DNA of 57,794 nucleotides from Crocinitomicaceae bacterium. Its GTDB lineage: Bacteria > Bacteroidota > Bacteroidia > Flavobacteriales_D > Crocinitomicaceae. The stretch is from contig JBGCDF010000302.1 in NCBI GenBank assembly GCA_045105095.1, forward strand, positions 1 through 57,794, given 5' to 3'. Below are positions 46,269 to 55,183 of this stretch, one piece after another. The position numbers and the translations under genes are program-made. Numbering within the stretch: position 1 is the first letter of the stretch; each line of letters begins with the position of its first letter. The notes beneath the pieces are model-generated. The model was not told where the DNA came from, ran no database searches, and worked only from the letters and a program-made list of their open reading frames with translations.

Positions 46269-48221
46269 ATGAAAAAGTATTCAACAGGACCGTTTCTTTC
46301 CCAAATAAATCTTCCCCAAGATTTACGTGAGAAGTTTGAACTAGAGGACCTTCCACAGGTATCTGACGAAGTTCGTCAGTACATTATTGATGTCATCTCT
46401 GAGATCGGAAACAGTCACTTTGGCGCAAGTTTAGGCGTTGTTGAATTGACAGTAGCACTTCATTATGCCTTCAATACCCCACATGACCAGCTCGTATGGG
46501 ATGTAGGTCATCAGGCTTATGGACACAAAATCTTAACAGGAAGAAAAGAAGGCTTTCCAACGAACCGAACTAAAGGTGGAATCTCTGGATTCCCAAAACG
46601 TTCGGAAAGTGAATACGATACGTTTGGCGTTGGACACTCATCAACATCTATTTCTGGGGCACTCGGGATGGCCGTTGCCAATCATTACAAAGGCGAAAAA
46701 GATCGCCAACACATCGCCGTTATAGGTGATGGTGCAATGACAGCAGGTTTGGCTTTTGAAGGGTTGAATCACGCTGGATACGAAAAAGATGCAAACCTTT
46801 TAGTGGTATTGAACGACAACTGTATGTCGATTGATCCCAACGTTGGTGCGCTCAAAGAATATTTAACAGACATCACGACTTCTCACACATACAACAAGGT
46901 GAAAGATGATGTTTGGAACATGCTTGGAAAAATCTCTAAGTTTGGTCCTGATGCCCGCACAATCGCTTCGAAAATTTCGAATGCATTGAAAGGATCATTA
47001 TTGAACCAGAGTAATCTGTTCGAATCACTGAACTTCCGCTATTTTGGTCCTGTAGATGGACACGATGCTATTGGTTTGGCGAAAGTGATGGAAGATTTGA
47101 AGAAGATTCCTGGGCCTAAAATTTTACACTGTGTTACGCGAAAAGGAGCGGGATATAAGTTTTCTCAAGAAGGAAACCCAACGAAATGGCATGCTCCAGG
47201 AGTGTTCAACAAAGATACTGGTGAGATTGTAAAGATTGTTCCAAAATCTCCACAACCACCTAAATACCAAGAAGTCTTTGGTCATTCAATTGTTGAGTTG
47301 GCTGAAAAGAACGACAAGATCATGGGGGTTACTCCTGCCATGCCTACAGGATGCTCATTGAACATCATGATGAAAGCAATGCCGGAACGTACGTTCGATG
47401 TGGGTATTGCTGAGCAACACGCCGTAACGTTCTCGGCTGGATTGGCTACTCAAGGAATGGTGCCGTTCTGTAATATCTATTCGTCGTTCATGCAACGAGC
47501 TTACGATCAGGTATTGCATGATGTTGCTTTACAGAATTTAAATGTGGTATTCTGTCTTGATCGAGCTGGATTGGTTGGTGCTGATGGTGCCACTCACCAT
47601 GGAGCGTATGACCTCGCATACATGCGCTGCATTCCAAACATGACCGTAAGTGCTCCAATGAACGAAGCCGAGTTACGTAACATGATGTTTACTGCTCAGC
47701 AGGAAGACATGGGACCATTCTCGATTCGTTACCCACGTGGAAAAGGTGTCATGAAAGAATGGAAAACGCCATTTCAAAAAATCAAGGTGGGGACTGGTCG
47801 CAAATTAAATTCTGGTAAAGATCTCGCCATTCTTACGATAGGCCACCCTGGAAACTTTGCTCAAGAAGCGATCGAAGAAATTAAATCATCGGGAGCATCT
47901 ATCGCGCATTACGACATGCGTTTCGTGAAGCCACTTGACGAAACTATGCTCCACGAAGTATTCGCGAAATTCGATAAAGTCATTACAGTTGAAGACGGTT
48001 GTATTATGGGAGGGTTCGGAGCAGCGATTATAGAATTCATGGTTGATCAGAAATATGCTGCGAGTGTTGTTCGTTTGGGTATTCCTGACGAGTACATCCA
48101 CCACGGAACGCAGCAAGAGTTGTGGGCTCAATGTGGATACGACAAGAATGGAATTATCAAGACAGTGAAACAAGAGTTAAATCTGGCTATTACTGAGTTG
48201 GATAAGGCTGTGAATCAATAA
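46269..48221 (+). CDS. dxs: 1-deoxy-D-xylulose-5-phosphate synthase
   Basis: From MKKYSTGPFLSQINLPQDLR. HFGASLGVVELTVALHY, WDVGHQAYGHKILTGR, GHSSTSISGALGMA, IGDGAMTAGLAFEGLN, AEQHAVTFSAGLA. Confidence 0.95.
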   Translation: MKKYSTGPFLSQINLPQDLREKFELEDLPQVSDEVRQYIIDVISEIGNSHFGASLGVVELTVALHYAFNTPHDQLVWDVGHQAYGHKILTGRKEGFPTNRTKGGISGFPKRSESEYDTFGVGHSSTSISGALGMAVANHYKGEKDRQHIAVIGDGAMTAGLAFEGLNHAGYEKDANLLVVLNDNCMSIDPNVGALKEYLTDITTSHTYNKVKDDVWNMLGKISKFGPDARTIASKISNALKGSLLNQSNLFESLNFRYFGPVDGHDAIGLAKVMEDLKKIPGPKILHCVTRKGAGYKFSQEGNPTKWHAPGVFNKDTGEIVKIVPKSPQPPKYQEVFGHSIVELAEKNDKIMGVTPAMPTGCSLNIMMKAMPERTFDVGIAEQHAVTFSAGLATQGMVPFCNIYSSFMQRAYDQVLHDVALQNLNVVFCLDRAGLVGADGATHHGAYDLAYMRCIPNMTVSAPMNEAELRNMMFTAQQEDMGPFSIRYPRGKGVMKEWKTPFQKIKVGTGRKLNSGKDLAILTIGHPGNFAQEAIEEIKSSGASIAHYDMRFVKPLDETMLHEVFAKFDKVITVEDGCIMGGFGAAIIEFMVDQKYAASVVRLGIPDEYIHHGTQQELWAQCGYDKNGIIKTVKQELNLAITELDKAVNQ

Positions 48222-48308
48222 ACTTTCTTGCATTAATCGGCAATGAGTTTTACTGACTTCGTCTGAATCATTAAATTTACAATTCGTAACATCTGATAAT
48301 TGTTCATC

Positions 48309-48761
48309 ATGAAATATTTCCTTCCATTACTAGCATTAACCCTTGTACTCGCGTCATGCGCTAAAAAGAAAGCAGAAGAACAAGCGGAAAAGGACGATGA
48401 GATCATTCAGGAATTCATCTCGCTGAATAACTTAAATGCTGTTGCTACTGGCTCAGGTTTGTACTACGTGATTGATGATCCCGGTAACGGTGCTTCTTGC
48501 AATAGTAATTCTACTGTTAAAGTGGCCTATACAGGATATTACACGTATGGTGGAGTGTTCGATCAGAGCTCAGCGCAAGGTGTTACATTTTCACTGCAAG
48601 GTGTCATTGAGGGCTGGACAGAGGGAATACCTTATTTCAAAGAAGGAGGAAGTGGAACATTACTCGTTCCATCCGCGTTAGCGTATGGCACATCCGGTAA
48701 CTCTACAATTCCACCGAACGCTGTTCTTATTTTCGATATTGAGTTAATTGAGGTTCTATAG
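48309..48761 (+). CDS. FKBP-type peptidyl-prolyl cis-trans isomerase lipoprotein
   Basis: MKYFLPLLALTLVLASC lipobox. VKVAYTGYYTYGGVFDQS, VIEGWTEGIPYFKEGG, IPPNAVLIFDIELIEV. Confidence 0.88.
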   Translation: MKYFLPLLALTLVLASCAKKKAEEQAEKDDEIIQEFISLNNLNAVATGSGLYYVIDDPGNGASCNSNSTVKVAYTGYYTYGGVFDQSSAQGVTFSLQGVIEGWTEGIPYFKEGGSGTLLVPSALAYGTSGNSTIPPNAVLIFDIELIEVL

Positions 48762-48808
48762 CGAATTTCCCCTCACTACTTCAACCTGACCTCATACTTA
48801 AACGCACT

Positions 48809-49285
48809 TTGTTTATCGCTCTATTTCTCCATGCGATTTTCTCACATGCGCAAGAAAGTAATGAACAGTTTATTTCCAAGACGTTTAAAGAAATCAATCG
48901 AACAGATCAGTCTAACCTTCGTAATCACGTGGTTCGAGACTCATTGATCCTAATCAATTTTGAATTGATCCAATCACTTCTGAAGGATAGTGTAAACTTA
49001 AATTCGGAACAGAGCTTCAGCAAACGAACGACGAAACGCCTCCATCTGGGCTTAGCTATGACCTTCATCCATATTGGGCAGAATCATCCCGACTTGATTC
49101 TGAATGATGAAACCTCAGCTTTTATTGCAGAACAGATTAATCAAGGACGATTGAATCGAAAGGAACTGAAAATCGCGCTGCATGCCTACATGGTAGATGT
49201 AGAAAACGACAGGTGGTCTGAAAGTAATTCTGATTACTATCGAGAAAAAATTGCGGGTGTTAAAACGAAGTGGGGAATTGAATGA
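48809..49285 (+). CDS. Hypothetical protein; start uncertain
   Basis: 158-aa ORF with a TTG start and a weak signal-like N-terminus (FIALFLHAIFSHAQ). I recognise no motif. Confidence 0.4.
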   Translation: MFIALFLHAIFSHAQESNEQFISKTFKEINRTDQSNLRNHVVRDSLILINFELIQSLLKDSVNLNSEQSFSKRTTKRLHLGLAMTFIHIGQNHPDLILNDETSAFIAEQINQGRLNRKELKIALHAYMVDVENDRWSESNSDYYREKIAGVKTKWGIE

Positions 49286-49315
49286 TTCACACGCTTTCAA
49301 TGAGTCATAACTTCG

Positions 49316-49645
49316 TTAATCACTCGTCAGCAAGTTCAGTTGAACTTTTTCATCAATGAAATTCATGCGAAGTTCTTTTTGCTTTTGATTCGGCGTCCAA
49401 CCCTCATCTAAGGCATAATGAATTGTCCGTTTTACCACAACTGGTGTAATTTGATTTCTTTGGATAGTTCCGGGTCCTGTTTTCGCCATAATCGAATGAT
49501 AGCGAAACGATACTGTCAAACGTTGACCTTGCACATCCTCTTGCTCCAAAATTAAATCAATGTAATCATCATTCCCTGTGACGATGTATCGATAACAGAT
49601 ATCATCTACGACGATTTTTCGACTTCGTTTTTTAGGCAGTCCCAT
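49316..49645 (-). CDS. Hypothetical small protein, third gene of a three-gene cassette
   Basis: 109 aa with a basic N-terminus, MGLPKKRSRKIVVDDICYRYIV.., ..GQRLTVSF.., ..ITPVVVKRTIHYALDEGWTPNQK... Its start is 5 nt after the upstream stop. Confidence 0.5.
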   Translation of the reverse strand: MGLPKKRSRKIVVDDICYRYIVTGNDDYIDLILEQEDVQGQRLTVSFRYHSIMAKTGPGTIQRNQITPVVVKRTIHYALDEGWTPNQKQKELRMNFIDEKVQLNLLTSD

Positions 49646-49650
49646 TGAAC

Positions 49651-50181
49651 TTATCCAATTTTTAGTGATCTAATAGTCCTATTGACCTTGCTCAAAGAGA
49701 CTTTCTCCTTCTTATTGTTGTGCAGGTACGCATTCATCCGATCTAGGTAATAGACGGTGAACCAATTAGAAGCATTGAAATCAATATTTAACTTTTGATA
49801 AATCTTCTCCGAATGAAGTCTAATCTTCGCAACAAATTCATCTGTCGGTGGACGCTTTCCATTCAGAATTAAACTGACTTGTGTTTGGGAAAACCCTATA
49901 TCACTCGCGAATGACTTGCGAGTATTGTACAACAGATCAACATATGTAGAAGAATACGAATAGAACGGAGATTTCAATTCGGGAGTTTCAGCTTCATCTT
50001 CCAACATCAATTTCAGACGATAAAGATCAATCAAAACATCATCCTCCGATGAACTCTTTTCTGATGACTCAAGTCTTGCTCTTAAGAGTGCAGTACTATC
50101 ATCCTTTCGATCCCATTTTGAAACTACGCGTGAATCGATGAGCTCTTTAAACTCTTCAATCTTTATTTTCTTCTTACTCAT
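49651..50181 (-). CDS. HigA/XRE-like helix-turn-helix protein with a long acidic N-terminal extension
   Basis: 176 aa. The C-terminal half, FASDIGFSQTQVSLILNGKRPPTDEFVAKI, matches the HigA-type 'lg.S.q.lS.ilnGkr.it.e.A.kl' pattern. The N-terminal half is S/E/D-rich. Confidence 0.6.
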   Translation of the reverse strand: MSKKKIKIEEFKELIDSRVVSKWDRKDDSTALLRARLESSEKSSSEDDVLIDLYRLKLMLEDEAETPELKSPFYSYSSTYVDLLYNTRKSFASDIGFSQTQVSLILNGKRPPTDEFVAKIRLHSEKIYQKLNIDFNASNWFTVYYLDRMNAYLHNNKKEKVSLSKVNRTIRSLKIG

Positions 50182-50635
50182 ATTCCATACTTAGTTTAAC
50201 GAGATCAATTCCATCACAAAAGACAGATCTACCTCCATCTTTCATGTAATACTTTTTCTTATAATACTCCCTTAACTCAGTTTTAGGCTCCAACGATAAA
50301 CAGGGCAATGTTCTATACATCCGAAGTGCTATTCTCGCCGCGAACCCGATAAGGCAACCTGCGATTCTATCATACTTCTTGCGTTCACCCCTATTTTCCG
50401 ATGAAACCGCCAATAACCGAATTTCCACCCTCGATTCTTCATCGATAAAACCGAAAGAGGCCAGACCCAATATATCATCTCGTCCACTAATCATGAGTTT
50501 ATATACATGGTAATCTTCTTCTTCCCTCCAATTGAAAAAATATCTATCCTCTTCAATACGATCAAAGTCTCTTTCTTCAATCGGAAGAATTTCAATATCG
50601 ATGAGATCAGTAGATTCAGTATTAATAATATACAT
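50174..50635 (-). CDS. GNAT-fold-like small protein, first gene of the cassette
   Basis: 153 aa. VEIRLLAVSSENRGERKKYDRIAGCLIGFAARIALRMY resembles GNAT beta4-alpha3 but lacks a clean Q/RxxGxG/A motif. There is an 8-nt overlap with the next gene. Confidence 0.45.
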   Translation of the reverse strand: MYIINTESTDLIDIEILPIEERDFDRIEEDRYFFNWREEEDYHVYKLMISGRDDILGLASFGFIDEESRVEIRLLAVSSENRGERKKYDRIAGCLIGFAARIALRMYRTLPCLSLEPKTELREYYKKKYYMKDGGRSVFCDGIDLVKLSMEYE

Positions 50636-50742
50636 GCACTACCTAAGATACAAAAAGCATTTCGATTATTTCCGAATTTGTAAACATTTCCAAAACAGGA
50701 AACAACTTGATTTGTAAAATTCGTTTAGAACTATGCTCACCT

Positions 50743-51741
50743 TTAACTCAACTTCTCATTCAAGATACGCATCTCGATAACCGGAGAAATCTTTTCGTAA
50801 ATGATGTTATTCACTGCCTCAACGATTGGCATGTCAACCTCGAATTTCTTCTTGATTTCCATTACACTTTTCGTCGCGTAATACCCCTCAGCAATCATGT
50901 TCATTTCCAACTGTGCAGTTTTCACGGAGTAGCCCTTCCCTACCATAAAGCCAAAGTTTCTGTTGCGCGAGAACTTTGAATAGGCCGTTACCAGTAAATC
51001 ACCTAGATAAGCCGAAGATTTCACATCGCGGTGAATCGGGCTTACCTCATCAATGAAATTTTCGATTTCCTGAATAGCATTTGCGATAAGTACTGCTTGA
51101 AAGTTATCTCCATAACCTAGTCCTGCACAAATACCGGAGGCAATTGCGTAAACATTTTTCAATACTGCCGAAAGTTCCGTCCCGAACAAATCATCTGAGG
51201 TAGTCGTTTTGATGTATCGGCAAGCCAAAAGATCCGCCATTTCTTCAGAAATATCCTCATCCTGACAGGCTACAGTTAAATACGATAATCGCTCCAAAGC
51301 AACTTCCTCTGCATGACAAGGACCACAAATGATTCCGATATTGTCGTAGGGAGTTCCAAATGTTTTATGGATGAAGCGTGCTGGAATGGCATTATATTCA
51401 GGTACAATTCCTTTCACTGCTGAAAACACTACTTTGTTTTCTAATAGTCCTTCTGGGAAATCCTCAAACAATTTCGTAAGAAAAGCGGAAGGCGTTGCAA
51501 TGATTATTGTATCGGCTGTTTCGATCATTTCTACTAAATCCGTACTCACTACTATCTTATTGAGATCAAACTCAACAGATTGCAAATAGTGAGGGTTATG
51601 GCGGTATTTTTGGATGTGATCAACAGCTGTTTCATTTCGCATGTACCAATTCAATTTCTCGACATTGTTACACAGAATTTTGACCAGCGCTGTTCCCCAG
51701 CTTCCACCACCAATTACCGCAATTCGATTTTCAGTATCCAT
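50743..51741 (-). CDS. gpsA: NAD(P)H-dependent glycerol-3-phosphate dehydrogenase
   Basis: From MDTENRIAVIGGGSWGTALV. GPCHAEEVA, KNVYAIASGI, and MIAEGYYATKS-type motifs. Confidence 0.93.
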   Translation of the reverse strand: MDTENRIAVIGGGSWGTALVKILCNNVEKLNWYMRNETAVDHIQKYRHNPHYLQSVEFDLNKIVVSTDLVEMIETADTIIIATPSAFLTKLFEDFPEGLLENKVVFSAVKGIVPEYNAIPARFIHKTFGTPYDNIGIICGPCHAEEVALERLSYLTVACQDEDISEEMADLLACRYIKTTTSDDLFGTELSAVLKNVYAIASGICAGLGYGDNFQAVLIANAIQEIENFIDEVSPIHRDVKSSAYLGDLLVTAYSKFSRNRNFGFMVGKGYSVKTAQLEMNMIAEGYYATKSVMEIKKKFEVDMPIVEAVNNIIYEKISPVIEMRILNEKLS

Positions 51742-51821
51742 GACGCACAAATGTAGCCATTATTCAATTAGGCCTTTCATTTTCGTTTGTCTATTGTAAG
51801 AAATTTTATCATTTTTATGAC

Positions 51822-52688
51822 ATGTTGAGAATACTGAAAAGTTCTAGTCCAATACAGCATTCGAATCGATCAAGATGGTTCGTCACTATTGGGATTTCAG
51901 CTTTCGTATTCATTTTTCTATCCATCTTCAGACCTTTCGAATTGTATGAAAAAACTAGTTTGAATCCTGTTCTGGCATCGGCTTGTTTTTCCTTCATTAC
52001 CTTCGTTTTTGTATCGCTCATGCTGTTCGGGACAACTAAGTATTTTTCCGAGCAATTAGAAGATCGATGGACCATCGGCCATGAGTTGTTATCGTCTTTT
52101 ATTGTGGTAACCTGTATAGGAATCGTCAATCATTCGATCATGCGATTCATCGTCGCTCCTGAGATCTTCTATTCGTATTCACCATTTGAAGCATTTCTGA
52201 TGACCATGTGGATGACATATGCAATAGGTTTTTTCCCAATATCTATTTTCTTTCTCGTCTCAGCAGGGATATCTAATTTTCATGAAGCGAAGTCCTTACG
52301 TAATCGAGGAGTTTCAGAGGAAATAATCGCTGTAGAGACGGTCTGTTCGGTCGTCATGATTGAGCAAGGCAAAGAAAGCCCAATTGAACTCCGTTCTGAT
52401 TCATTTTTGTTTGCCAAATCCTCAGGGAACTATGTTGAATTTTATTCCAAAGACGAAACACTTCGAAAAGATTTGATACGCATCACTCTAGCGAAAGTAG
52501 AGGGTGTCTTCCTTGACAATGAGTTTCCAGCGCTGAAAACACATCGGGGTTTTATCATCAATACAGAAAAGGTACTGAGCTACGAAGGAAATGCACAGGG
52601 GTACCTTCTCAATTTTGGAGATGACCTTGAAAAAGTGCCCGTATCCAGAAAACAAATTCCTGATTTTGAACGCGTGATGAACGGTTAA
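51822..52688 (+). CDS. Membrane-anchored LytTR-family DNA-binding protein
   Basis: 288 aa with about 4 N-terminal TM helices. C-terminal LytTR domain: FLFAKSSGNYVEFYSKDE..LIRITLAKVEG....LKTHRGFIINTEKV......YLLNFGDDLEKVPVSRK. Confidence 0.8.
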   Translation: MLRILKSSSPIQHSNRSRWFVTIGISAFVFIFLSIFRPFELYEKTSLNPVLASACFSFITFVFVSLMLFGTTKYFSEQLEDRWTIGHELLSSFIVVTCIGIVNHSIMRFIVAPEIFYSYSPFEAFLMTMWMTYAIGFFPISIFFLVSAGISNFHEAKSLRNRGVSEEIIAVETVCSVVMIEQGKESPIELRSDSFLFAKSSGNYVEFYSKDETLRKDLIRITLAKVEGVFLDNEFPALKTHRGFIINTEKVLSYEGNAQGYLLNFGDDLEKVPVSRKQIPDFERVMNG

Positions 52689-52699
52689 TCATTGATTAT

Positions 52700-52748
52700 T
52701 CATCACATTCCTTTGTAGATCATCACAAATTTGTGTTTTTCGTCACAT
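52700..52748 (+). promoter_or_regulatory. Three direct repeats tCATCACA / tCATCACA / tCGTCACA at exactly 20-bp spacing, upstream of a TACTTTTG -7 box
   Basis: CATCACA at 52701-52707 and 52721-52727; CGTCACA at 52741-52747. TACTTTTG at 52765-52772. TonB-dependent receptor ATG at 52808. Confidence 0.45.
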
Positions 52749-52807
52749 CATCGAGTCAGAGCCTTACTTTTGTACTTAGGTTTGAGGAAACCTAAAATTG
52801 TCAATTC

Positions 52808-55180
52808 ATGAAACTAGTCGTACTCTTATCAGTCATCTTACTTTCCGTTTCTTCTTCGTTTGGACAACTCACACAAACGATAAGAGGTTCTGTGATCGAT
52901 CGATATTCCGAAGTGACTTTACCGGAAGCCAAGCTATTCGTTTTCGGGATTTCAGATTCCCTAAGACAACTCAGCGACATCGACGGGAACTTCCGGTTCG
53001 AAAACGTTCCTGTTGGGAGATACATGGTAGTTGCAACAATGATCGGGTATGAAAATGCCGTTCTATCGAATTTAGAACTGACTTCTTCGAAAGAGTTGGT
53101 TCTTGAGATCAAACTAACCGAAGAAGTATTGGATTTAGATGAAGTTACTGTCAAAGCCAATAATGACGGTGAGACTGTCAATCGATTGGCAACAGTAAGT
53201 GCTCGTTCTTTTTCCGTTGAAGAAAGCCAGCGCTACGCGGGAAGTTTTAATGATGTAGCTCGAATGGCTCAAAATTTTGCAGGTGTTCAGGGCGCAGATG
53301 ATTCGCGAAATGACATTATCGTTCGTGGAAACTCTCCAGCTGGAGTACTCTATCGAATGGAGGGAATTGATATCCCAAATCCCAATCACTTTGCACGGTT
53401 TGGAACTACTGGTGGACCTGTATCGATGTTAAACAATAACGTGTTGGCCAACTCCGATTTCTTCACAGGAGCTTTCCCTGCAGAATATGGAAACGCACTG
53501 GCAGGAGTATTTGATTTGCGCATGCGGAAGGGAAACAATGAGAAATTTGAGTTCATGGGGCAAATCGGGTTAAATGGTCTCGAGGGAATGGCCGAAGGTC
53601 CTATTTCCAGAAAAAACAAATCTTCCTTTTTGATCAATTACCGCTACTCAACTTTGGAATTGGCACAAGCCATCGGACTGGAGTTCGGAACTGCGGCACT
53701 ACCAAAGTACCAGGATCTCAGCTTCAAACTGAACTTCCCGCATAAGAGAGGAGTAACGCAGGTATTTGGCATTGGTGGACTCAGTGATATCGCTATTCTC
53801 GCATCCGATACTGAAGACGCAAATGACCTATGGGGATTTCAGGGAAATGATGTCTACTTCGGTACAAATACCGCAATGATGGGCATCAATCACAAACAGC
53901 GGATTAATTCGAATTCGTTTTTCGAAGTGATGTTGGGTGGGCAAATCGCAACGAGTGAGGCCAGAAACGATACACTCGATGCAAATGGTGAAAATCCTTT
54001 CACGAACTTTATCGCCAATTCATCCATTGGAAAACAAACGACTGTTTTCAACTACCAGAATAAATTTTCTAGTCGACACTTAATCAAAACGGGATTGATC
54101 CTTGATGTTTACTTCATGAATTTGGCCGATTCACTTTTCAATCCATCAACCAGTGAATTCAGAAGGCTACGCGATTTCAATGGGAACATGTCCATGATCC
54201 GTCCTCATTTTCAGCATCGTTTTCGTTTGAATGAAGATCTGACATTAGTAAGTGGTGTCTACGGACAGTTTTTGAGTCTGGACTGGCAATGGGCCATCGA
54301 GCCAAGAATTGGGCTGGAGTATAAACTAAAGAGCAATCAACAAGTTACCTTCGGATATGGACTCCACAGTCAAATGGCCCCAATTGAAACGTATTTTGAT
54401 CAGGTGCAATTAGCAGATGGCAGCTACATCACTCCGAACAAATCAATAGGATTTACGCGAAGTAATCACCTCATCGCTGGATATCAGAAAGGATTTAAAC
54501 ATGGAATTCGGGCAAAAGTCGAGGCCTACGGACAATACTTAACAAATGTACCCGTAGAGTTTTCCAGCAGCAGTTACTCTACGCTGAATTTCGGAGCTAC
54601 GTTCTTAACAGGAACGCCAGACACATTGGTCAATGAAGGACTCGGGTATAACTACGGTGTTGAGGTCACGCTGGAAAAACCACTCGATAATGGGTTCTAT
54701 TTCCTAATTACTGCATCTCTTTTCGAATCTAAGTACCAGGGAAGTGATGGCGTGTGGAGAAATACAGCGTTCAACGGAAATCACACGCTGAATACTTTAG
54801 CAGGGTATGAGTTCCGATTCGGCAAGAACAAGCCCAATGCAAAGTTTAAATCTGCGTTGAGCATCGACCTCAAATTTACATGGAATGGTGGTGCGCGATA
54901 TTCTGAGATATTGGTAGAACAAAGTCAATTGTTGGGCGCTGAAATCAGAGATTTGGACAATGCCTATGAGCAAAAATACATTGATTACCTCAAAGGAAAT
55001 GCACGTGTTGCCTTCAAACTAATCGGTAAACTAGCTACTCAGGAATGGGCAATAGATATCCAAAACGTCACGGATCGCGATAATATTTTCTATCAGGAGT
55101 ACAACGCGTATGCGGGACAAGTTCGAACGGTGTATCAAAACGGGTTCCTTCCAGTATTGCAATATCGTATAACTTTCTAA
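52808..55180 (+). CDS. TonB-dependent receptor (CarboxypepD_reg, plug, beta-barrel)
   Basis: 790 aa. Signal peptide MKLVVLLSVILLSVSSSFGQ. IRGSVIDRYSEVTLPEAKLFV (CarboxypepD_reg). Plug: IIVRGNSPAGVLYRMEGIDIPNPNHF. C-terminal ..VLQYRITF with a terminal Phe. Confidence 0.9.
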   Translation: MKLVVLLSVILLSVSSSFGQLTQTIRGSVIDRYSEVTLPEAKLFVFGISDSLRQLSDIDGNFRFENVPVGRYMVVATMIGYENAVLSNLELTSSKELVLEIKLTEEVLDLDEVTVKANNDGETVNRLATVSARSFSVEESQRYAGSFNDVARMAQNFAGVQGADDSRNDIIVRGNSPAGVLYRMEGIDIPNPNHFARFGTTGGPVSMLNNNVLANSDFFTGAFPAEYGNALAGVFDLRMRKGNNEKFEFMGQIGLNGLEGMAEGPISRKNKSSFLINYRYSTLELAQAIGLEFGTAALPKYQDLSFKLNFPHKRGVTQVFGIGGLSDIAILASDTEDANDLWGFQGNDVYFGTNTAMMGINHKQRINSNSFFEVMLGGQIATSEARNDTLDANGENPFTNFIANSSIGKQTTVFNYQNKFSSRHLIKTGLILDVYFMNLADSLFNPSTSEFRRLRDFNGNMSMIRPHFQHRFRLNEDLTLVSGVYGQFLSLDWQWAIEPRIGLEYKLKSNQQVTFGYGLHSQMAPIETYFDQVQLADGSYITPNKSIGFTRSNHLIAGYQKGFKHGIRAKVEAYGQYLTNVPVEFSSSSYSTLNFGATFLTGTPDTLVNEGLGYNYGVEVTLEKPLDNGFYFLITASLFESKYQGSDGVWRNTAFNGNHTLNTLAGYEFRFGKNKPNAKFKSALSIDLKFTWNGGARYSEILVEQSQLLGAEIRDLDNAYEQKYIDYLKGNARVAFKLIGKLATQEWAIDIQNVTDRDNIFYQEYNAYAGQVRTVYQNGFLPVLQYRITF

Positions 55181-55183
55181 CGA

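Noticed and set aside
51815-53181. Minus-strand ORFs 51815-52129 (104 aa) and 52801-53181 (126 aa)
   Set aside because: Both lie entirely antisense to well-supported genes (the LytTR protein and the TonB-dependent receptor) and have no recognisable motifs.
52808-55180. Polysaccharide utilisation locus (SusC/SusD)
   Set aside because: No SusD-like lipoprotein gene follows the receptor, and no glycoside hydrolases are adjacent. The receptor is of the generic 790-aa class rather than the roughly 1000-aa SusC class.
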